Virus record (IMG/VR): IMGVR_UViG_3300048597_000462
Coordinates: 1 to 55,997 of that record
Strand: one strand, 5' to 3'
DNA from: a virus
Lineage: Duplodnaviria; Caudoviricetes
DNA: 55,997 nt
Shown here piece after piece: positions 18,692-27,149 of this stretch. The notes under the pieces are model-generated. The model saw nothing but the letters and a program-made list of their open reading frames with translations. It ran no database searches and was not told the origin of the DNA. Every line of letters begins with the position of its first letter. Within the stretch, counting starts at the first letter, position 1. The translations under genes were made by a program, and so were the position numbers.

Positions 18692-20941
18692 ATGCAATCC
18701 AAATTGTCCGTTACGTCGAGTCATCAAGCGCAAGTAATCCGTCGGGACGGATCTTCAACACCGCTAAATATTGGCAAAATTCGGGCAGTGGTGGACTGGG
18801 CTTGTCTTGGGTTGGAAGTAAACTCCATCGCCCTAGAAGCGGGGCTAACCACTCGGTTAAGGGAAGGGATTAGCACTAGAGAGATTCAAGATAATCTGAT
18901 TAGCTGTGCTTTGGAAATGTGCAGTCCCAACGAACCAGATTGGCGTTATGTTGCTGGTCGCTTACACATTTGGAGTCTGTGGAAAGATACCTTGGTGCGT
19001 CGGGGTTATCAGTATGGTCAATATCTACGCACGGTGCAAACGAAGGTCACCAACGGGGAATATGACTCCCGCATCTTGACCTACAGCGAAGCGGAATTGC
19101 AGGAAGCGGGCTGTTGGATTAACTCGGACTGGGACACAGACTATGACTATGCCGGGGCGGTGTTGCTTACCAGCCGTTATCTTTTGCCCAATGAGTTGCC
19201 CCAGGAAGCATTACTCACCTGTGCTTTGTTGCTAGCTTCGGTAGAAGATCCCGATCGCCGTTTGCAATGGGCCAGAAGATTTTATGAGGCGATCGCTGCT
19301 CGACGCATTTCTTTAGCTACCCCTATTCTGGCTAATTTGCGAGTCCCCGGTGGTTCCCTGACCTCCTGTTTTATCGTGGCCATGGAGGATAACCTGGAAA
19401 GTATTTTTGGGGAAATCACCAATGCCGCTAGAATCTCTAAAAATGGTGGTGGGGTTGGAGTTAACGTTTCCCGCATCCGAGCCACCGGTAGTTGGGTAAT
19501 GGGTAAGCCCAACGCTTCCGGGGGAGTTATTCCCTGGACAAAACTGCTCAACGATACGGCGATCGCTGTTAATCAGGGGGGGCGCAGAGCCGGAGCCGTA
19601 ACCGTAGGGCTGGATGTGTGGCATTTAGATGTACCAGAATTTCTGGAAATGCAGGCGGAAAACGGTGACCAACGGCGTAAAGCCTATGATATTTTTCCCC
19701 AGTTAATCTTGCCCGATGAATTTATGCGGCGGGTAATCAATAAAGAAGATTGGACGTTGGTGGACCCCTACGAAGTTAGGGAAAAAATGGGCATTGAGTT
19801 AGCCGAGCTCTGGGGCGAACAGTTTGAAACTGCCTATCGGGAAATTGAATCAAACCTGGACACCACCATTACCCTCTACAAGCGTATTAATGCTAGGGAA
19901 CTGTTTAAGCAGATAATGCGTACCCAGGTGGAAACAGGGATGCCCTATCTTTCCTTTAAGGACACTATTAATAAAGCCAATCCTAATAAACATTTGGGTT
20001 ATATTCCTGGCACTAATCTTTGCTGTGAAAGTTTTAGTAACGTTACCCCCGGCCAGGATGCCCATTGCTGTAACCTAGTTAGCCTCAACCTTGCCAATCT
20101 AGACTTGCAAGACATTGCTGGGGTCAGTCAGATTGCTGTGCGGATGCTGGATAACACCATTGAATTGACTGCGCCTCCCTTTGCCGATGCCAAAAGCCAT
20201 AACAACAAATACCGCACCATCGGGGTGGGAGCCATGGGGTTAGCAGACTGGCTGGCTAAACGTCGTCTAAATTATGACGAGTTGGCAGACATTAACCGCC
20301 TATTCGAGGAAATTGGCTATTGGTGTACCCAATCCTCCATGGAATTAGCCAAGGAACGGGGAGCTTACCCCGCTTTTCCCGGTAGTGACTGGCAAAAAGG
20401 TTTATTAATTGGCTCCAAACCTGTCAGTTGGTTTCAAACTAATGCGGCGAAACCCGAACGGTGGGAAAAACTTGCCAACGATATTCAAACCCATGGCATT
20501 CGCAACTCCCACATCACGGCGATCGCTCCCAACACTTCCTCTTCCCTAGTCCAAGGTTGCACCGCCAGCATTTTGCCGGTCTATAGCCGCTTCTTTTACG
20601 ATAAATGGGCCAAGGGCACTGTCCCCATTGCACCGCCCTTCATTGGCAATTGTTTCTGGTTCTACCCGGAGAATAAAACCATGGACCAGCGCAAAGTAGT
20701 CAAAGCCGTGGCTGCCATCCAACAATGGACAGATACGGGCATCTCCATGGAGTTATTATTTAACCTCAATGCAGGTATTTATTTCCCAGAAGAACCGGAA
20801 AGAAGCCTCAATGCTAAGGACATTTTTGACACCTTGGTCATGGCATGGGAGTCCGGTTGTAAGGCTATTTACTATATCCGCACTGTGCAAAAGGATGACT
20901 TCAAGGATTCCTCTAATGGCTGTGTTGCCTGTGCTAATTAG
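18692..20941 (+). CDS. nrdA: class I ribonucleotide reductase alpha subunit with ATP-cone
   Basis: VIRRDG cone, ATP..SCF, TNLCCE, CNL, IAPNTSSS, YY, C-terminal CVAC. Confidence 0.96.
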   Translation: MQSKLSVTSSHQAQVIRRDGSSTPLNIGKIRAVVDWACLGLEVNSIALEAGLTTRLREGISTREIQDNLISCALEMCSPNEPDWRYVAGRLHIWSLWKDTLVRRGYQYGQYLRTVQTKVTNGEYDSRILTYSEAELQEAGCWINSDWDTDYDYAGAVLLTSRYLLPNELPQEALLTCALLLASVEDPDRRLQWARRFYEAIAARRISLATPILANLRVPGGSLTSCFIVAMEDNLESIFGEITNAARISKNGGGVGVNVSRIRATGSWVMGKPNASGGVIPWTKLLNDTAIAVNQGGRRAGAVTVGLDVWHLDVPEFLEMQAENGDQRRKAYDIFPQLILPDEFMRRVINKEDWTLVDPYEVREKMGIELAELWGEQFETAYREIESNLDTTITLYKRINARELFKQIMRTQVETGMPYLSFKDTINKANPNKHLGYIPGTNLCCESFSNVTPGQDAHCCNLVSLNLANLDLQDIAGVSQIAVRMLDNTIELTAPPFADAKSHNNKYRTIGVGAMGLADWLAKRRLNYDELADINRLFEEIGYWCTQSSMELAKERGAYPAFPGSDWQKGLLIGSKPVSWFQTNAAKPERWEKLANDIQTHGIRNSHITAIAPNTSSSLVQGCTASILPVYSRFFYDKWAKGTVPIAPPFIGNCFWFYPENKTMDQRKVVKAVAAIQQWTDTGISMELLFNLNAGIYFPEEPERSLNAKDIFDTLVMAWESGCKAIYYIRTVQKDDFKDSSNGCVACAN

Positions 20942-21229
20942 TCGAGCGCTTCCATACTTTCACCATAAATTGTCCTTGCCACCCGTAAAAGCACCAAATA
21001 ACCCATCAAATCCCGTTCAACGTCTTCAGTATCATCGGATTGCCCTGATACCAACCGGGATAACTTGTCGTCAATCCTGACCTTGATTTGCTCAATAGCA
21101 TCAGCCTTGGAAAAAATCCGCTGGGGGCATAAAGCACTATTTCCATACTTGCGATTTTTATCAAGCAACATGAACTTTAGGTCGTCGCATTCCTGGGCAA
21201 TGAACATTGCCGCATCGGTGTTACTGATC
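20938..21229 (-). CDS. nucleotide-modification-associated domain (DUF1599-like) protein
   Basis: KNRKYGNS ... VRIDDKLSR ... DLMGY. Confidence 0.7.
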
Positions 21230-21245
21230 ATAGATTTTTCCTTTG

Positions 21246-21476
21246 TCACTGATTTAACGTGGAGATGATTAACTTTGACTCCGGTGTTGGCTGCAAATTC
21301 ACCAACCAAGGTGACAATTCAACGTCAATGCCCAAGGATTCAATTTCGTCATACGTTTCCATCAAAATGTCCACCCAGTGATACCATCGCAAATTCATTT
21401 GCGTCCCCCTGCTTTCTTCTAAGCGTCGGTATAGGCGATGGCATCGGCGGAATAGGTGAAATACTTGCTTGGTCAT
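21246..21476 (-). CDS. hypothetical protein
   Basis: 76-aa ORF. Confidence 0.45.
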   Translation of the reverse strand: MTKQVFHLFRRCHRLYRRLEESRGTQMNLRWYHWVDILMETYDEIESLGIDVELSPWLVNLQPTPESKLIISTLNQ

Positions 21477-21639
21477 CCTTTTGACTCCTGCACTTGGCGA
21501 TCACCGGGTTGCCAATAAATGCAGAGGTTCCACCACCAAAGCAGAATCCGATAAAATGGGTGCCCGAATTTTTCAGACTGGCTTAGAAACCCTATCCCCC
21601 ATAAACCGGAATATTTAGACTCAATAAGCTTAAATTTCA

Positions 21640-22245
21640 TTAGCCTTTACTCTCCATGACTGTTTTATCTCCGTTATAGCGGCCGGTCTGGGCGTAGGTT
21701 TTACGGGGAACTCCCAATGTAAGGCTGAATATTAACTGCCCCATTCGTAGCCCAGGGTAAAACGGCAGAGGCTCAGCATCCATATTAATAATCTCCATGG
21801 TTAGTTTTGAACCGTGCCATTGGGGATCACAAAAACCCGCTTCCATATGTTCGTACCACTCTCGTCCCCGGCTTGACTTTAACCGGAATTGGGCGCAGAG
21901 AAATTCCGGCAGGTTAAAGGTTTCCAGGCTGGACACCAATAGGCGATCGCCAGGGGGTAGCCAGTAAGGGTTCTCAACATCAAAACTACTGAGGTCAATG
22001 GGGGCATAGCCGCAGACCTTGCCGCCATCAATAACATTGCGGACGGTGCGAAGTTTTGCCGTGGTGCCAATCCGAATATCGAGACTGGCCGGATTAATTA
22101 GCCTAGGGTCATACTGCTCTACCATTGGCAAGGGATTCCCAATCCAGTGCCCTGTAAATAGATACCCTAGCCTGATATACCAAGGCACTTCGCCCCGGCA
22201 TAACTGGTCAATTTGATGGTCAACTAAAATCATTTTATGCTCCAA
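21640..22245 (-). CDS. dcd: dCTP deaminase
   Basis: INPASLDIRIG, LKSSRGR, AGFCDP.W.G.LTMEI, GQLIF, GRY. Confidence 0.9.
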   Translation of the reverse strand: MEHKMILVDHQIDQLCRGEVPWYIRLGYLFTGHWIGNPLPMVEQYDPRLINPASLDIRIGTTAKLRTVRNVIDGGKVCGYAPIDLSSFDVENPYWLPPGDRLLVSSLETFNLPEFLCAQFRLKSSRGREWYEHMEAGFCDPQWHGSKLTMEIINMDAEPLPFYPGLRMGQLIFSLTLGVPRKTYAQTGRYNGDKTVMESKG

Positions 22246-22246
22246 G

Positions 22247-23056
22247 CTAAGGGGCTAATTTTGCTTTTTTCCAACGGTTTTTCAGATACCATTCAGCAAC
22301 TTCAGGGCACCATATCTTAAACTGCCCCATCAACAATTCGCAGAACCATTGGCACTCCAATTGAGCGTCTTCCTTTGCTCTTAAATCGAGTAGGTGCATT
22401 AGAGAGCGAACATTGACAGACATCACAAAATGTTGCCGGTAATCAAATGGTAGAGTTCCTCTACAGTGTTCTTCACTAATACCTTTACTGCGGTCTAGAT
22501 AATATCGCCAAGCCGCATTGTAAATGGTCTCGTAATGCTTGGTTTGGTCTTCTTCGGTGTAGCTATATTTCTCACCTTTTCGGTTGGTATATTCCCCTAC
22601 CGGACGAACATAGAAGTTCTCAAGAATCAATCCCCTGACCGCATCTCCTAACGGCTGATTATGGTAATTAGGCAACTCGTTTATTTCTTCGACCATATTG
22701 ACAATCCTTTGCCCGGTATAGCGCATCGACTGCACATCAAAGGTTATACCGACCCGGTGGGTTCTGATCTGTTGGATAAGCGAATGGGGGAAGTTGCCGC
22801 AGGCTAGGGTAATCTGTGGGGCTTCAAAGCATCCATAATGCCCCCTTCCTCCAGCCAATAAATGCTTAACAATCCGCCTCCCGGCGACTTCCTCAACGTT
22901 AGGATTATCTTTAAACAATTTGAACGCCATGCCGTCTTTCCATTGCAGGTCATCATAAACAAAGTTTTCGCAATAATCCTGGTGCATGGCGGCATAAATT
23001 ACCTGTTGAGGGTTAGGTGTTGCCGCTATAGTTTCAATCCTGAATAAACTGTCCAT
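22247..23056 (-). CDS. thyX: flavin-dependent thymidylate synthase
   Basis: GHYGCFE, QIRTHRVGITFDVQSMRY, EHCR, NVRSLMHLLDLR. Confidence 0.92.
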   Translation of the reverse strand: MDSLFRIETIAATPNPQQVIYAAMHQDYCENFVYDDLQWKDGMAFKLFKDNPNVEEVAGRRIVKHLLAGGRGHYGCFEAPQITLACGNFPHSLIQQIRTHRVGITFDVQSMRYTGQRIVNMVEEINELPNYHNQPLGDAVRGLILENFYVRPVGEYTNRKGEKYSYTEEDQTKHYETIYNAAWRYYLDRSKGISEEHCRGTLPFDYRQHFVMSVNVRSLMHLLDLRAKEDAQLECQWFCELLMGQFKIWCPEVAEWYLKNRWKKAKLAP

Positions 23057-23095
23057 CTTTGCACTTAATGTGTACAAAGTATTTTAAGGTTGCTT

Positions 23096-23117
23096 GTTTG
23101 TGGCTGAACAAACGTGG
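23096..23117 (+). promoter_or_regulatory. 22-bp motif in the Rha gene promoter
   Basis: GTTTG-TGGCTGAA-CAAAC-GTGG; TATAAT at 23122. Confidence 0.75.
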
Positions 23118-23190
23118 CGGGTATAATAGGAAAGCCCTTCACGGAGCGCAAACTCCCAAGGGCAGTAACCACTAGACAGGAGTGATCACA

Positions 23191-23985
23191 GTGAGTATTG
23201 TAAGTTACGACCCGTCCGAGTACCAGTCAGCTATTACGGTGGAATCCAACGGAGATGTCTTGGTCGTTGATTCCCGGTTAATTGCGCTAGACCTGGACAT
23301 TCAGCATGAAGTATTGATGCGGACGGTGAAGAAGCATCAAGTCAAGATAGAGCAACGGTTTGGAATAATCCGTTTTGAAAACGGAAAAATAAACGGGAGG
23401 GGGCGTCCTGAGAAGTTTGCATGGCTAACGGAAGACCAAGCAATGTTTGTGATGACACTATCCCGCAACTCGGATCGGGTGATGGACTGCAAGGCAAACT
23501 TGGTGGAGGCATTCAGTAAGGCTCGGCGGTTAATCCCCGCCCAGTCCGAAAAAATACGAGAGCTAGAGCTTCGGCTGAAAATTGCAGAGCTAGAAAAAGG
23601 TACTAGTGACAATCAGGCTTATTTGTTGGCACGGTCTGAGTTTATTGCCACGACTCAGGGGCCACAGATGCTTGCACTAATCCAAGGTCGCCCTGATGCT
23701 GTAGTGGAAAAGGTTGAGAAGGTAACAGAAACCATCATTGTTCGTGATGGTCGGAATGTCAGCTTTGAAGGTAAGTCCACCGCCGAGCTAGCCCGTGAGC
23801 TTGGTTATAAAAGCGGCAAGCAGTTAGAAGATTTTCTCCGCAAGCAAAAGCGGTCTGATTTAATCTGTGAAGGATTCCGGGCTGTTCAGGCTCCCTATAT
23901 CCCCACGACTAACCTAAGCGAGGTCAAAAAACTATGGAGTGAGAGCCGTAAAGCTTCCGGCACTCAATTATTCCTGGGCGAATAA
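23191..23985 (+). CDS. Rha-family regulatory/antirepressor protein
   Basis: VDSRLIA..L.IQH, GRPEKFAWLTEDQA, LVEAF; probable GTG start. Confidence 0.85.
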   Translation: MSIVSYDPSEYQSAITVESNGDVLVVDSRLIALDLDIQHEVLMRTVKKHQVKIEQRFGIIRFENGKINGRGRPEKFAWLTEDQAMFVMTLSRNSDRVMDCKANLVEAFSKARRLIPAQSEKIRELELRLKIAELEKGTSDNQAYLLARSEFIATTQGPQMLALIQGRPDAVVEKVEKVTETIIVRDGRNVSFEGKSTAELARELGYKSGKQLEDFLRKQKRSDLICEGFRAVQAPYIPTTNLSEVKKLWSESRKASGTQLFLGE

Positions 23986-23987
23986 CT

Positions 23988-24009
23988 CCACGTTCTAATT
24001 CACACAATC
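23988..24009 (-). promoter_or_regulatory. degenerate 22-bp motif, inverted
   Basis: CCAC-GTTCT-AATTCACA-CAATC directly after the stop codon. Confidence 0.5.
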
Positions 24010-24060
24010 ACCCGTCAGCAATGGCGGGTTTATTATTCCCCGTACAGTTTGTGACTGGTT

Positions 24061-24267
24061 ATGACAAAATTCTCTAAAACCACAAAAGAGGTTGCCAATC
24101 ACTATGGCGTCAGTGAGCGGTCAGTGATTCGTTGGATTGAAGCGGGGATGTTTAAATATGGCGTGGAGTATATTGATCTGCGGATGCCAGGGGGACGCAA
24201 GGCAAAGCTTAGATTCAACATTGACTCAATAGATAAGACCTTGGCTATTCCCCCGGAGAAACGTTAG
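24061..24267 (+). CDS. xis: excisionase-like HTH protein
   Basis: TKEVANHYGVSERSVIRWI; adjacent to the integrase. Confidence 0.72.
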   Translation: MTKFSKTTKEVANHYGVSERSVIRWIEAGMFKYGVEYIDLRMPGGRKAKLRFNIDSIDKTLAIPPEKR

Positions 24268-25336
24268 CATCCCGAATCCTCTCCCAGGCTTTGCTATGGT
24301 CGGCATCGGTCAACCATGCATTATAGGTGTTGGTATGAATCTGATGGCTGTGGCGCATTTGCTGGGCCGCCAGTCTGCTATCTAACCCTAACTCGATGGC
24401 CCGCCGTGCCCAACAATGGCGCAAATCATAAGGGTGGAACGGAATGTTAGACCGAGCAAAAGCACGGCTCACCCTCTGCCCATTTGCCCGGTTATCCTTG
24501 CCATTGATCCTGGGCATCCTGACATTTTTCAGGTCAAATAACTCCACCCAATCCGGGTATAGTGGCCAGACCTTCCCCCCGTGGGACTTACTGGTTAATA
24601 TCTTCCCCTCACTATTCAACCTCTCCCCGACATAGCAGATGCCAGTTTCTTGCAAGTATTCCAGGTCAACCAGAAAGACTTCGTGGTTTCGCAGGGCATA
24701 GGTAGCCATGACGCCATAGACCCAGTAGTAAGGGGCATAGGTGAACCGGTTTACTGCTTCAACTATTTCCTTGTCAGTGGGGAGATCCCTGGGGTTAACT
24801 GACCTTTGCCCATAATTGCCCTTTAACCGGCTAACATCCAAATCCACATCAAAACGGTCTGCCAGTAACTTGTAAGCTTGACAGGCCAATTGCCTGCCCC
24901 GGCTATTCGCCTCCGTGGTTAATATCCCCTCGGTTAATGCTTCCGTGGTCAGCACCGCATCGGGTAATCGCTTAAACCAGTTTTCATAATTACCCACCCA
25001 GGTTGTTTCAGTTTTTGGCGATCGCCCCTTTTCTGAAAAATACTGGGCTTTAAATATTTCCACCGCTTCCCCGGTGAGCAATTTTTCTCGCTTCGGCTCC
25101 CAGGTAAATTTTCCTTCCGCCAACCGTAGCCCCAACTTTTTCGCCTCTAGCTCAGCTCGCTTAATACCGGCTGGGTTAGCTTTCACCCCCAAGGCGATTC
25201 TTTGCTGGTGGGGGCGGGTTCTATTAGTCCCCGGCTTAGCCGGTAGCGTCGCCACCAGGTAAAGGCGATCGCCACGTTGCTCTACCCTCACCCCGACCCG
25301 CCCCGCCTTTAACCTAGCATTGACTTCTTCCAACAT
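24245..25336 (-). CDS. int: tyrosine integrase
   Basis: YALRNHE, HPYDLRH, MRHS..IHT.TY. Confidence 0.92.
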   Translation of the reverse strand: MLEEVNARLKAGRVGVRVEQRGDRLYLVATLPAKPGTNRTRPHQQRIALGVKANPAGIKRAELEAKKLGLRLAEGKFTWEPKREKLLTGEAVEIFKAQYFSEKGRSPKTETTWVGNYENWFKRLPDAVLTTEALTEGILTTEANSRGRQLACQAYKLLADRFDVDLDVSRLKGNYGQRSVNPRDLPTDKEIVEAVNRFTYAPYYWVYGVMATYALRNHEVFLVDLEYLQETGICYVGERLNSEGKILTSKSHGGKVWPLYPDWVELFDLKNVRMPRINGKDNRANGQRVSRAFARSNIPFHPYDLRHCWARRAIELGLDSRLAAQQMRHSHQIHTNTYNAWLTDADHSKAWERIRDANVSPGE

Positions 25337-25368
25337 TGGCTTAAACCTTGGATTAAAAATGGCTTAAA
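25337..25368 (+). repeat. integrase arm-type direct repeats (left)
   Basis: TGGCTTAAA, TGGATTAAA, TGGCTTAAA. Confidence 0.7.
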
Positions 25369-25418
25369 TTACTGTCCTAATCTGTCAATTTTTGCCGATT
25401 GTGTCAAGACTATGGGCA

Positions 25419-25445
25419 ACAAAAAAGCCCTCGGTGAAGGGCTTA
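25419..25445 (-). terminator. terminator between attP and int
   Basis: Minus strand AAGCCCT-TCACCG-AGGGCTT-TTTT. Confidence 0.7.
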
Positions 25446-25473
25446 GAATGGTGTAATGTCGGTATTTCGTTAG

Positions 25474-25520
25474 TCGGGATGACAGGATTTGAACCTGCGA
25501 CATCCTGCTCCCAAAGCAGG
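25474..25520 (-). other. attP core: 3' half of tRNA-Pro(UGG)
   Basis: CCTGC-TTTGGGA-GCAGG anticodon arm, GGTTCAAATCC T-arm, CATCCCGA acceptor strand; no 5' half. Confidence 0.9.
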
Positions 25521-25531
25521 AAGGCTGGGTT

Positions 25532-25828
25532 TTACAAGCTAGACCGGGTAAGGGTTTCGGGGTTTGATTTTAGAGGCTGGCTTAAACTTGGCTTAATTGG
25601 AGAGTGCAACTCGCACATCCCTACCGGTCTGATCGGCACGGCAATCCCTTTCTCATCTTGCAAAACAAGACAAGCTCCGTAGCCAGATTGCTCAGTCATC
25701 CTCCCTTTTAATTCTTGGATAGGCATCCATGGGTGTTTTACCAAGGGGACAAAATAGCTACAGTTTTGACAAGACGCAGATTCCATGGCGTTAGTTTGTG
25801 TAACGGCTCCCAATAATAAACGCGCCAT
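25532..25828 (-). CDS. Cys-containing hypothetical protein
   Basis: CQNC ... GAC ... CELH. Confidence 0.45.
   Translation of the reverse strand: MARLLLGAVTQTNAMESASCQNCSYFVPLVKHPWMPIQELKGRMTEQSGYGACLVLQDEKGIAVPIRPVGMCELHSPIKPSLSQPLKSNPETLTRSSL
25578..25597 (+). repeat. integrase arm-type direct repeats (right)
   Basis: TGGCTTAAA, TGGCTTAAT. Confidence 0.7.
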
Positions 25829-25844
25829 CGCTGACGGGATTGAT

Positions 25845-25979
25845 TTATTTTTTGCGGTTGAATTGCTTTTTGCAGTCTCGGCACAGCCATTGTTGCTTGC
25901 CGTATTTAGTTACGCCGTTTTTGACTGTGTTTAGACTTCCGCAGGCTGGACAGGCTTTCCCATTAATTCCGCCTTCCAT
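25845..25979 (-). CDS. 44-aa InsA-like zinc ribbon (not in ORF track)
   Basis: MEGGINGKACPACGSLNTVKNGVTKYGKQQWLCRDCKKQFNRKK. Confidence 0.65.
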   Translation of the reverse strand: MEGGINGKACPACGSLNTVKNGVTKYGKQQWLCRDCKKQFNRKK

Positions 25980-26158
25980 TCTTCAACTTTCCGGTCGCAA
26001 CGGGTTAACCCACGGGGATTAATTTCAGTGGCAAACCAGATTTCTTCTTGGCGATCGCCCATTTCCAGGCGACGTCCTACCTTAGAACTCCAGGGATATT
26101 CTCCTCGCATACCGAGGTCAAAAATTCGTCCGTTTTCGTTTTCAAAAATGATTTTCAT
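25931..26158 (-). CDS. hypothetical protein
   Basis: 75-aa ORF with GAGG ribosome-binding site. Confidence 0.6.
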   Translation of the reverse strand: MKIIFENENGRIFDLGMRGEYPWSSKVGRRLEMGDRQEEIWFATEINPRGLTRCDRKVEEWKAELMGKPVQPAEV

Positions 26159-26212
26159 GTTTTTTCCTCAATGTGGTTGGTTGTGTCACTCATTAGGCGG
26201 AGTGGCGATCGC

Positions 26213-26614
26213 TCAATGACTAATTGAGGTCTCAATGAGATCCTTGGCCCAATCCCATGCTTCTTGGTCAAGCCAGGATTGTTTTTCTTGCTCGGTTAGG
26301 GAATTCCACTCCTCTTCAGAGTAAGACGAGTCAAAAGCCGGGTTAGTTTTTTCTGTTTGACTTGCATTTGCAAGCCCAATACTTAAACTCATTGTGTAGT
26401 AATGGTTGTAGGGATAATTCATCTTTTTTGTGTGGTTGGTTGACGGGGATTCCACCAAGTGCAATCTTCCCTTGAAATCTTCGTAAATGTCTTCTTGAGA
26501 GACTGCCCATTCCCATATTTCATCCATGGAGAAATTTCGGGCAGTGCCCCCAGTCCTCCGCTTGTACAAATCGGCAAGATCGTCCCAAGTCAAAGCAGGT
26601 TCTGCAATGTTCAT
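26213..26614 (-). CDS. hypothetical protein
   Basis: Start placed at ATG 26614, downstream of a GTACACAAAC motif. Confidence 0.55.
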   Translation of the reverse strand: MNIAEPALTWDDLADLYKRRTGGTARNFSMDEIWEWAVSQEDIYEDFKGRLHLVESPSTNHTKKMNYPYNHYYTMSLSIGLANASQTEKTNPAFDSSYSEEEWNSLTEQEKQSWLDQEAWDWAKDLIETSISH

Positions 26615-26702
26615 AATTTTGTGCTTGTTTGTGTACATTCTTAATATCCCATCAATTCCCGCACTTATCATGTTGTGTTGTAACACTTTGTAGATTGACA
26701 CA

Positions 26703-27149
26703 CTACAGCATCACCCTAAACACAGCGCATATTCTTTTCCTCCACCGCTCCCCTAGGTCGGGAATCTCACAAACCCTATCCAACCGTTGGTCAGCGTGAA
26801 CCATGCCGTGCCCATTGCAGATACCAACGTGACCCGGCTCTACTCCGACCATAAACACCAACAAATCTCCCGGCTCCCGGTAATCAGCACTGGGGAGTTC
26901 CATTAAACAGTCAATTGCCCTGATTTGTTTTAGTAGGTTGCCATTCTGGGCACGGCGGGAATAGTTTTCTAATTTGACCTCAACCCCCAGGGATTCCAGC
27001 ACCGCCCCATACAGCCGGGCACAATCTACCCCCACTCCTTTGCAAGCTTGGTTATGATGCCATGGTGTTCCAATCCATGACCGTGCCTCCGTTAATATCC
27101 GTTCCGCCAGTTCTAAGTTAACGTCAGGAATATTGGTAGTTATACTCAT
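26703..27149 (-). CDS. NlpC/P60 tail-associated peptidase
   Basis: ARSWIGTPWHH, GVDC, GDLLVF, HVGI, MVHA. Confidence 0.9.
   Translation of the reverse strand: MSITTNIPDVNLELAERILTEARSWIGTPWHHNQACKGVGVDCARLYGAVLESLGVEVKLENYSRRAQNGNLLKQIRAIDCLMELPSADYREPGDLLVFMVGVEPGHVGICNGHGMVHADQRLDRVCEIPDLGERWRKRICAVFRVML

Noticed and set aside
25474-25520. Complete tRNA-Pro gene
   Set aside because: D-arm and 5' acceptor strand are absent; the fragment is an att core
25392-25682. 96-aa ORF containing GMTGFEPAT
   Set aside because: Antisense translation of the tRNA fragment
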